The translations under genes were made by a program, and so were the position numbers. The notes under the pieces are model-generated. The model had not been told where the DNA came from. It was given only the letters and a program-made list of their open reading frames with translations, and ran no database searches. This document shows positions 39,885 to 51,000 of a stretch of 64,000 bases of DNA, one piece after another. Every line of letters begins with the position of its first letter. The first letter of the stretch is position 1. The stretch lies in IMG/VR virus record IMGVR_UViG_3300042356_000801, positions 1-64,000 of that record; one strand, written 5' to 3'. The stretch is from a virus.

Positions 39885-41957
39885 ATGGCGTGGAATCCTT
39901 CTACAAACAAGTCGCTAAATAACCAAGCGCAAAAAGACATTGGCCCAGGTGCTCCAGTAGCACAAAACCCTGGATATGCAGGCAAACCGTACAGGGACTC
40001 ATGGGATATTGAGCGCGCCTACAGAGAGGGTATGCAGAAGGTCACATGGGTATCTAGGTGTATTGATGCCATTGCCGGAAACCAAGCCAGGCTTCCTATT
40101 ATTCTCAGAAAAGACAACTCCCCACACGGAGAAATACTTTCCATAAAAGAAGCCAAAAAAGTACCATTGCTTAACATTTTGAACAGCAAGTCAAACATTG
40201 GTGAGAACTCTTACATCTTTAGGTACAGACTTTCTGCTCAGCTTCTTCTTGGCACAAGAGGTGCTTTTATCGAAAAAGTGAGAGGTAGAGACGGGGGCAT
40301 TATTGGCCTCAACCTTCTCCCGCCTCAATCAACTTCGCCAATCCCTGACCCAAAAAAGTTTGTTTCTGGATATGAAGTTCAGATGCCAACTGGAAACAAA
40401 ATCTTTCTAAAACCGGAAGATGTTTGCTGGGTAAGAAGACCGCACCCAATTGACCCGTATCTATCGTTGACACCACTTGAAGCATGTGGAGTAGCCATTG
40501 AAATAGAAAACTTGGCAAAGCTTTACAACAGAAACTATTTGCTCAATGACGGAAGACCTGGTGGTCTTCTTGTTCTCAAGGGAGAAATAGATGACGATGA
40601 CAAGGAAGAACTAAGAAGCAGATTCCGTGGAAACTTGTCTCGTGTTGGATACACCTCGGTAATCTCTTCCGATGAAGGTGTTGATTACATTGACACTTCG
40701 GCCAACCCACGAGATGCCGCCTATATCCAAATGCGTCAGCTCACAAAAGAAGAAATCCTTGCTTCTTTTGGTGTTCCTGAATCCGTAATCGGAAACGCTG
40801 CAGGAAGAACTTTCAGCAATGCTTCTGAAGAGATTCGAGTCTTTTGGATGGAAACAATGCTTCCTCACTTGGAAATTTTGTCTCGTGCCTTAGACGAACT
40901 TGACGTAGATAACTACGTTGACTTTAACGTGGACCAAGTGCCCATTTTGATGCTGTACGAGCAGGAGCGTCATCGCTACTTGATGGATGAGTTCAATGCA
41001 GGACTAATCAGCAACAATGAATACCGAATTGGTTCAGGTCGTAAAGAAACCGAAAGCGATTTGGCTGACTCGTTGCTTGCCAATCCAAACCTCATCCCAA
41101 TCTCTAACACCAAGAAGAAGATGGAAGAACCGTCCCAGGTTCAAGTTCCTGGAGCCCCAGGACAGCCAGGAATGCCTGGCATGCCACCTGGTGCCCCAGC
41201 GATGCCAGGGATGCCTCCAGTGCCCGGACAACCACCTGTGGACCCAAACACAATGGCCGGAGCACTTGCAGAAGTTGGCTCAACCGTTCCTCCTGGCGGG
41301 GAACTGGCTCAGTCCCCAATTCCAGGCATGCCTCCCGGCATGATGACGGGCGCAGAACCTATGCCTATGGGTGCAACAAGTGCTGAGTCTTCCGAACTTG
41401 AAACAAAGTCCCTCGATACGGAATTTGATTCTCAAAAACTAGAGATGGAAAGATGGGAAGAGATTCTTGTCAGAAGCATGGAAAGAGTTTTGGAAAGACA
41501 GCAAAGAGTTGTTCTTGAAAAATCAAGTGGAGCAAAAGCTAAGAAAGCTTTGTTTGCCGGAACCCTAGACATCCCATCTGTTCTCCCAACGGATACATGG
41601 GATAGACAGTTTGATGAAGACATCAAGCCGGTCGTGACAGCCATCGTCAAAGAGTCGTTTAAAGCTTCTTCCCCTATGGGAAAGAAGTCTGCAAAAAACT
41701 CCACCATGGAATCTGACATTATTGCTCAGGTTGATTCTCAAATGGCAAGAATAAAAAGTCTTAACCAAGATTTGACCGATGAAATAACTTCGTTAATGCT
41801 TTCTTCCATGAATGTCGCTGACGAAGACCAGAGAGCTGGAGCCTTCAGGTCAAACATTGTTTCTTTGTACACAAACGTGCTCGCAAAGAGAATTCCTGAA
41901 ATTGCCGAAGAAGAAGCTCGCAGGGCGTGGATGTACGGGAAGTACATCACAGGATAG
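39885..41957 (+). CDS. portal protein (HK97 family) with Pro/Met/Gly linker and C-terminal extension
   Basis: CIDAIA..ARLP, LLLGTRGAF, N.GRPGGLL, ILASFGVP..VIG and NEYR motifs. Confidence 0.92.
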   Translation: MAWNPSTNKSLNNQAQKDIGPGAPVAQNPGYAGKPYRDSWDIERAYREGMQKVTWVSRCIDAIAGNQARLPIILRKDNSPHGEILSIKEAKKVPLLNILNSKSNIGENSYIFRYRLSAQLLLGTRGAFIEKVRGRDGGIIGLNLLPPQSTSPIPDPKKFVSGYEVQMPTGNKIFLKPEDVCWVRRPHPIDPYLSLTPLEACGVAIEIENLAKLYNRNYLLNDGRPGGLLVLKGEIDDDDKEELRSRFRGNLSRVGYTSVISSDEGVDYIDTSANPRDAAYIQMRQLTKEEILASFGVPESVIGNAAGRTFSNASEEIRVFWMETMLPHLEILSRALDELDVDNYVDFNVDQVPILMLYEQERHRYLMDEFNAGLISNNEYRIGSGRKETESDLADSLLANPNLIPISNTKKKMEEPSQVQVPGAPGQPGMPGMPPGAPAMPGMPPVPGQPPVDPNTMAGALAEVGSTVPPGGELAQSPIPGMPPGMMTGAEPMPMGATSAESSELETKSLDTEFDSQKLEMERWEEILVRSMERVLERQQRVVLEKSSGAKAKKALFAGTLDIPSVLPTDTWDRQFDEDIKPVVTAIVKESFKASSPMGKKSAKNSTMESDIIAQVDSQMARIKSLNQDLTDEITSLMLSSMNVADEDQRAGAFRSNIVSLYTNVLAKRIPEIAEEEARRAWMYGKYITG

Positions 41958-42056
41958 TTTTAGTATTTGGTTTTAGTAAACAATGCGAAAAACCTGAATA
42001 CTTACCGTTTAGTGCAGTCTTTGTCGTTTATTATCGAAGAATACACAAGGAGCCAC

Positions 42057-45000
42057 ATGCCCTCTTCTAAGAAAAATTCCGACATTCAGTACAAGGCTGC
42101 ACCGCAAGGAATGGTGAATCTTGACGAAGCCGAAGGCATCGTTGAATGTTTTGTCGCAGGTATTGGTAACAAGGACTCAGTCGGCGATGTTTGCGCCCCT
42201 GGAGCTTTTGGCAAGAGCCTAATTAGGCGTAAGCCTCGCGTTGTTTGGGGTCATAACTGGAACGACCCAATCGGTAAAGTCCTTGATATGTATGAGGTTC
42301 AGCCAAGTGACCCTCGTCTTCCTAACAAAATGAAGGCTGCCGGAATTGGTGGCTTGTATGCCCGCGTTCAGTTCAACTTGAAGTCAGAAAAGGGCCGCGA
42401 GGCTTTTGCAAATGTGGCATTTTTTGGCGAAGAACAAGAATGGTCAATCGGCTACAAGACGATTAATGCCAAGTTTGACCCACAGATGCAAGCAAACATT
42501 CTGTATGAAGTTGAGCTTTACGAAGTTTCTCCAGTTCTTCATGGTGCCAACCAGCTGACAGGAACAATTTCAATAAAGTCCGAAGACCAGTCATCAACAG
42601 TTTTAGTAAACGAACAACCATCTATCGACGGCCTCAACATAAATGAGCTTTCTTCAGTTTTAGATGCGTTGAAGACGATTGCGTCCACCACAGATGAAAA
42701 GTGTGGACCCGGAATGCCAATGGGCATGCCTGCGCAAATGCCAATGGTGATGCCATCTGGTGGACCAGGAATGCCTTCTGTATCAAAACCAACACAACCA
42801 ACCGCCCCAAGAGAGTCCGTGAAGCCAGAAGTTCCATCAATGCCGGAAAACCCAATGCTTGTAGCAATTAGAAGAGAATTGGTCGACAGGACTGGTTCAA
42901 ATATTATTGTTCGTTCCGTAATAGAAAACATAGTTGTATTCGACAGAATTACTACTGATGGAATTTCTAGTACTTATAAACTTCCTTTCAACTATGCAAA
43001 CAATGAATTCATGTTTGGTAAGCCAGAGAAGATAAACACACAGCCAACTCCAGAGTCAAGTATCCCAACAATGCCAGGAATGCCTCAACAGTTCGGCGGG
43101 TTCGATACTGGAAAATCTTTGATTTCGTTTGATGACTTTTCCTGGGTAGGTTTTAACCAGCAGATACCAGCTCAACAAGTTGATATATCTACGCTCAACA
43201 ATGTCATCAGTAATCTTGAAAAGATTATCGAAGAGAAGTCGACATACATAATCCCCGTTGACATAAACAACGCATTTGAAGTTAAGCAAGCAATTGACCC
43301 AATTCTTGATTACTACAGAGTTGATGCAACTGTTACTGAAGACGGCATCGTTGTTAAGTCTCTTGATAACGAGTTCCTTGACGCAATGGACATTGCCACA
43401 AAGGGTGTGTTGCGCAGTATCGGCAACATGGTTGGCCGTGCGGTAGATAGACCAAACATTGGCAAAAATAGGCGTGATAGAAATCCTAACCTCGCATCAA
43501 GAGGTCGAGGAATTGGTTCCCGTGGAGCTGTAGTAAGACTCGCCGACGGAACGATGTGGGACCCAAAAACCGCACCGGACAGGAACAATAACGGCATTGT
43601 AGGTGAAGGCCTTACAGACGGTCGCGGCATGTCTCTGTCCCAGCCGGACCCAACACCAAGTGGACCCAACTCAATCGATGCTCCAAAGACACCTAAAGCC
43701 CCTAAAGCTCCAAAGAAGGCTACAAGACTTTCTTCTGGCGGAGATGATTCTTCACGTGCTCGCGACCTTGCTAAGCAACGGGAAATGGATAAGGCAAGAG
43801 GTGCTAGTGCTACAAACCCAGTAGGAAAAGAAGCCGTCGAGCAAGCCAAAAAACTTGAAAGAGAAAGAGCAGCAGCACGTCAATCTGAAACTCGTCTTTC
43901 TTCTGGGCGCGTCATAATGTCGGACGGTCAAATGGAAATATCATTTGATGAAGAAGACGGAGATGGCATCTATGACGCAACAAGAGACGGTTTCCGAATA
44001 ATTAGAAATGAACGTGGCAGCGGCGGTGGCAGAAGATTCCCAGAATCCACAGCAACGTACGGCGGGTCAGGTTTAAGTGAAGCCGAGAAAAAAGAAATTC
44101 TTGACGTCGTCAAGGATAGTTCCAACCCATTGGTTCAAAAAATATTGAAGGGTTCATTTCCTAGTAGCTTGTCCGATAAACAGTGGGCTGTTCTTAAAAG
44201 GGAATTTGAGAAGAACAAGAAGAAAACTCCTTCTGGCTATATAAGCAATGTCCGAAGCGGTGGAACAGTTGCTCCTGGAGCAAAACTTGATGGCGGAATT
44301 GCTTATCTTGAACCAGACCACGCCAACGACAAAGACTACGAAAACCTACGTGACGCAATACAGACAGCAATGCGCTCCAATCAGATGCTTCGTTTTGACT
44401 ACAGTGGAAAAAACAGAGAAGTAATTCCAGTAAAAATTGAGAAGAACAATAAAACTGGTAAGTGGAACTTGACTGCCCAAGACGACACTGGGGCAAGAAA
44501 GCTTTTTAGTCTCGACAAGATAACTCCGTCTTCGGCAGAGCGCCTTTCCTCTGGTGAGTGGACAAAAACTGATGACGGCATTGAGATGGACGCGCCGGAT
44601 ATTGATGGTGGTTACCTAATACAAGGCAACTCCAAAGATGGATTTGTAGTAACTAGATTTGCGGACGCTAGACGTAACGGTGGACAAAATGCTAACGAAT
44701 ACGAACATGACAAAGTTTTCACGTCAAGTAGCGCGGCTAAGAAGTGGGCAGAAAGAAACTACAAACTAATCAGCGAAGAAATAGGCAAAGAGGACGTAGA
44801 AATAAGAAAAGCTGACGCAGAAAGAAGCGCAGACTTTGCAGACATGACTCCAGAAGATGCCGCAGATTATGCCGCTTGGATGGACGAAGAAACCTGGAGA
44901 GACAGGGACCCAAGATTCTCCTCCGGTGAAGGATATTGGGTAGATGCTGCAGAAAAAGAAGCAGGAAATGACCCTAAAAAACTTGCTGATTTCTTGATTG

Positions 45001-48000
45001 AACAAGGAATACTTGAAGAAGACCACCCAAGAGTCAAGAAGCTCAGAAACCGTTTAACCGCCGACGACGAGTTTGAAAAAACATTTTCAATGCTTGCCGA
45101 GATGGATGCTGAAGCTGAAGCAGAAAGCAGAGCAGAAAGGCGTTCAACCCAGTTTACGGCTGTAGAAAACCCATTCGGACGTCTTTCCTCTGGTCAGAGA
45201 ACATGGATAGATGCCGCAGAGGATGAAGCAGGAGACGACCCTAGGGAGCTCGCTGATTTCTTACTTGCAAGAGGTGTTATCGACGAGGAAGACCACCCAA
45301 TAATCAAGGGGCTCAGAGATGGTCGTACAGCTGACGATGAACTCGAAAAAGCATACGAAATGCTTGCTGAGATGGATGCCGAAGACCAAGCAGAACACGC
45401 TGCACAGTTTAAGAACGCAGCCTCAGAAGTAAGCAGTCTGACCAAGCCAACAATGCCGGACCTTGATGGAATGGACGAAGACGAAGCAGGAGATGCGTTA
45501 CAACAGGCAAATGATGAGATATTAAGTTTTGCTGATGGAACAGAAAACATTGCGAGAGAATACCTTGGAGACGCAGAATACAACAAGAGGTTTGGTGGCG
45601 CAGTTCCATTAATCGAAGAGATGTCAAAAAACCATGACGGCGGCAATTACGAGCGTGAGATAGCTCTTGAAAACGCACTTGAGCGTGCTAATGGATTCAA
45701 CCTGTCAGTCGCCGGAGAGATGGAATTAGAAAGCAACAGATTCTCTTCTGGTATAGATTTTGACAAGAAAGGTGCATCAGGCCTCAGGGAGATGCGCCAT
45801 GTTGAGCGCAATCCACTCAGGATGGATTCATCTGCTGAAAAAGCAGAACGTGATGCATATGAAAAAGATGTTGCTGCCTTCATAAAGAACAATGGCTGGT
45901 TTGTTGAAGTACCGATGTACAACGGTGACCCAAAGTGGCAAAGTGAAGATTGGTATCGCGCAAGAGAGTTTGCTACAAACGTTGCAAAATTGCGTTTCGA
46001 GGACAACTACCAAAACGAAACTAATCAATTCATGCAGTTCTTTGATAAGCCAGGAAAGCCTTCAAAGAAAGACTTCTTCGCCAAGAAGGGGACCGTTGAT
46101 TACAAGTCTTGGTACATGGCTCATACCCCTCTATTGACAAGCGAAATAGACAGCGTTCTTAATTCTGACCTGTACTCTGACAATTACAAAGAGTCATACA
46201 TGAATGCTATTCGTTCATTCTTGTATGTAAACAGGCCTGAATTTGGTCCATACGGTGGAGATGACCCCGCTTACCAAGCATGGCTACAACAGTCGGGTCT
46301 TGGTTACGGTGGAAGATACAGCACGTCAGGTCCAAAATTTGACGAAATGGGCAGATTCTCTTCTGGTGCTAAGCGTGGAAGTAGAAAAGATAACTACATA
46401 AATTCTTACGAAAACCCAGAAGACTTGAAAGAAGCAATCTTTTCTGAGCTTATTTTTGCAGGAGACTATGAAGGAATGACTGCGGAAGACTTGGCCTACG
46501 CGCTAAATGTCAGGGCAGAAAGTGTTGAACCAATTCTTGAGCAAGTCAAAAAAGATGTAGGCGACGCACGGGAAGACTACGACCGCTACTTAGAGTCACA
46601 ACCAGAAATGACTGACGAAGACCTGCAGGCAATGGCGGATGACTATGCTCGCGCACAGACTGTAACCGACAAGTTTAACAACATGACTCCAGAAGAAGCA
46701 GCCGATTACGCCGCTTGGATGGACGAAGAAACCTGGAGAGACAGGGACCCAAGATTCTCCTCTGGTAGGGAACTTACCGACGAAGAAAAGCAAGAACTGG
46801 GGGCTCAATTTGCCAGAGCCCAAGACAGGCGAAAAGCTGAACTGGAAGAACGGGGGGCTCAATTTGCCAGAGCCCAAGATAGGCGGAAAGCAAAAGAAGA
46901 CCGCATCACTAAGTTCTACAGGGAGATGGCAGAGCAAAATGCAATGCTTTCAGAAATGACCCCAAGCGAACTCGCGGATTACGCCGAGCAATGGAACGAA
47001 AGCCATGCAGAAGATTCTCGTCTTTCCTCAGGTGGTATAAACTATTACGACTGGATGGTAGAAAATGGTGTTCCGCGTTCAGCACTAGACGGTGAAAGGT
47101 TCCGTGGAAGAGACGCTTACGGACACTCTTTCCATGACTACTATGCGGAAGATGCTTTTGCAAATATCGACGAAGCAGTCGTTGAAGCGCTTCTTTCTGA
47201 CAGAACACAACGAACATCTATTCAGGATTTAGCAAAAGAAGCAAGAGAACATGGGCTTCAACTGGCCACCAACCGCAGCATGCAGGAAGAGTTCTCCTGG
47301 GCTGAGGCAGTAAATCCAAAACCTGAGAGCTTGCGCGCGGAAGATTTGGTTCGTAGACCTGATGACTTAGGCTCAAACGCAAGACGCGTAGCTGAAGCAG
47401 TTGCTAACAACAGTAATGGCGCAAGAAGTGCTGCGTCTAGAGAAGACATTCTTCATTTTACCTACGATGGTAAACAGCGCTCTGTGTATCCAGAATCATT
47501 TGGGACAAGCAAAAAAGGCATTGCCTTCTTTAGAGCCTGGGACGAAACCGCAGACGATGGCAATGGTGCCTACAGAAGCTTTAATATCGACAAGATTGAG
47601 GGACTGGTTTCACACGCAATACCTCCATATGTTGAAATAGGAACAATGACCCCAGAGCCCAAGTGGAGCATTGCTGACTTCAGCATAGAAGACTGGGCAA
47701 AAATTAATGACCGGTTCTATTTTAGAAGTAGCGAAGTTGGTCGGGCGGCGTTTGATATTGAGACCGCTATTCAATGGGAGCTTGAAGGCACTGGAACAAG
47801 GGCTCCAGGTTCGATAATCGACACAGCCGAAAGAGAACTAAAGCGCCTCAAGCAAATTGCTTTCGACAAACACATCACCGAGATGGTGGAAAAGGGTGCT
47901 ACAAGTTCAAAATTCTCTCTTGACATTGAAAATGCAAAAAGATACGGTGTAAAGCCACTCAACAGAGGAAATAGACTGTCTTCTGGCGGTTCGGGCAGGT

Positions 48001-51000
48001 TCAATATTGCGGAAGCTCGTTCATTTGATGACATGTCAGACAGGGAACAGCTTGCAGTCTTCAACGGAATCAAGGACAGACTTTCAGAAAATAACCCAAG
48101 CATGGTTAGCGTCCTGGAAGACGGCGGACTCAACATCGATGGATATCTTGCAGATTTCCCTCAACTTCACCCAGACTTCTCTTCAGAAGAAAGCGGCGGA
48201 GAAAGGTTCTCTTCTGGTGGTTTTGCACCACCAAAGCCAAAAAGAGCAGCAAGAAAAGATGAAGAAGGCTTAATCGATGGCGCAAGAGTCATGCGAGGAA
48301 ATACTTTCATCGAAAGCGTTGTTGGTCAGTATGAGAGAAATCGTGGAAAACTAAGTGATGCGCAGTGGGCCAAATTGGCCGAGATTGTTGGAAGAGGTTC
48401 TAAACCAACATCAGCCGGTGCTCCAACCCCAAAAAGGCCAAGCAAGGGTCCAAGACTGGAAAAGTACTCTGGTAAGCCTCGCAAGATAATAGGCATAGAC
48501 GAAGTTGTACCATACGATTACCCTGAAGCCGAGTTTAAGCCAAACCCAGAACAGGCTGATGCGATTGACGCCATGATGACAGGCTCTGACGTAAAAGTTG
48601 GAGCTTTAGCAGCAACAGGTAAAACAACAACAGTAATAAGTTTTGCCAATCGTTTGGCCGCTCAAGACCCAAGCGCAAGAGTGCTTTATTTAGTTTTCAA
48701 CAGAGACGCCAAGAGCGATGCTGAAGCTCGCGGAATGGGTGACAATGTTTCCGTTATGACGATGGACGGTATTGCGTTTAAAGCCATGATAGGGGCTGGT
48801 GGTTCTCCAGGTCTTAGGCCTGGTCTAAAAACCAAACTGTATGAAGCCGGAAAAGCGTCCATGGATGACTCGGTTAGGTCGTACGTAGGCAAGGCAGCAT
48901 ATCTTGGAATCAAGGGAGCTTTTATACCGCGAGATGGTGATGCACCACTTGAATTAACTCCCACAGATATTTACAAAATTGTTGCTAAAGGCGTAAACGC
49001 TTACTCAATAAGTTCAGACGAAAAAATAGGACCACAGCATTTTACTGGGAAATTTAATGGACCTTTAGCAATTCCTGAAGACAGCCCAATAATGCCTAAC
49101 GTATTAAAATATGCCAACAAGATGTGGGAAGACCTGCAACAGGATAGGGACAACTTAAAAAAGCAAGGAATGCTTGGTCTTGAGTCTAACCATCTAACAA
49201 AGATGTGGGCACTGACTAAACCAGATGTTGCAAGTTTTGGTGGCACTGATGGCGTAAACGTAATCATGGTTGACGAAGCTCAGGATATTAACCCTGTGTT
49301 TGCAAAAATGATGAAAGATTCTAAGTCTGCACAAAAAATATACATTGGTGACACCAATCAGGCAATCAATGCTTGGCGTGGAGCTGATGGCTCAACCTTG
49401 GATGCAGTAGAAGCTGAATACGATATGCCGATAACCGAATCGTACAGATTCGGAGCGAAGATAGCAGGCATAGGCAACAGGTTCTTGACTTTGCTTGGGG
49501 TAAAAGAACGCATGACCGGAAAAAAGACAAGAGCAGGCAAAAACGGCTCTCGTGTTGATGTTCCAGGTGAAGTTGTTACCGAAATGAGCGTTTTAGACGC
49601 AACAATGATTCTTTGTCGCAGCAATGGTGGAGCCATAGCCGCAACCATGGAAGTAATTGAAGAGGGTGGCGGACAAAAGAAAGTTTACGGAAGCGCAAAT
49701 TTCAAAAAAGATTTACAAAACTTTATTGACAATATTGAGTGGATGCAGAATGCCGAAAAAGGCGAACCCTATTGGACAAATTCTCGCGGAGAGAGAATGA
49801 CAAGTAGGCCAGAATTCAGCGCGGACCTTGAAGGAATAACAACGTACGAAGAATTTAAAAAAGAAGTTGCTTCTGCGGACAATAACAGACTAAACATGCT
49901 CGATGGTTTATTGGAAAAGAATTCAATACCAGGACTACGTAATGCTTTAGACAATATTCTCACAAGAAAAGAAGACATAGAAAAGCTAGACCCTAACGAT
50001 TATGTAAAGATACAAACAGCACATACATCAAAAGGCCTTGAATCTGGAAAAGTGAAAATTTGGTCAGACTTCAGAAAGCCAAAATTTGACGAAGAACTCG
50101 AAGAATGGGTTATGCCAAACGAGCAGGAACTTAGGTTGTCTTATGTTGCTGTAACTAGAGCAGAAGAAGAAATTGACCTCGGTTCACTCGATTGGGTTTT
50201 TAACCACACAACAGATGCAGACGAGAAGCCAAACGCTCGTTCCGCCAGGTTGTCTTCTGGAAGAAGCATTGCAAGAAGACAGGGCAAGGGCAAGAACAGT
50301 CGTGCTCGTGGACAGCGTCCATGGAGCGATGAAGACCGTCAAAACTTTGCTGATGGCAATAGGCTCCGTGCTCAAACAATTCCAGGCAAGCGCCGTGAGG
50401 GACCTGCAGCAGCAGAATTCTCTTCTGGTGAAAGACTTTCTGCTGGTGGTTCTGGATTCTATCTCGACAACCCACCAGACGACGACTCCGATAAGTGGAT
50501 AGACATGGCAAGCGACGATTACAGGTCTATATCTGATTCATGGAGGGATTTCCCAGAAGAAACAGATGAATTCCTTTCCGACTTTTGGAGCTCTCATGAA
50601 ACATGGGGCCAAAACCCTCCATCGCCATGGGAATTTACTGCAGAAAATCTTTCAGAAATAACAGACATTTTTGAAAACACGCAAAGACCTTCAGCATACG
50701 AGCCATACTATAAGCAATTACGCGACTTAGAAGGCCTTCCAAAAGAAGACATAATTAAAGCGTTAAAACAAATACGCGAAGACGATGATGACACGCAAAT
50801 GTTTGTGGAATTCTTTAACAAAGATGTTTTTGAAGTTGCCGAAGAAAAAGAAGCACCACTTGGTAAGTATGTCCTTGAGGCATTGCAAGAATGGAACAAC
50901 CTCCCCAAATGGCTAGAGAATAGCCAAACGGACGACGGTTACACTCGCCCGTACAGGTTCTATTCTGGAGCCCGTTTTGCGCCAGATGGCGAGTCGGGTT

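Noticed and set aside
41967-42056. ORF-track start for the giant protease fusion
   Set aside because: TTG with no RBS; ATG 42057 has AAGGAG at suitable spacing
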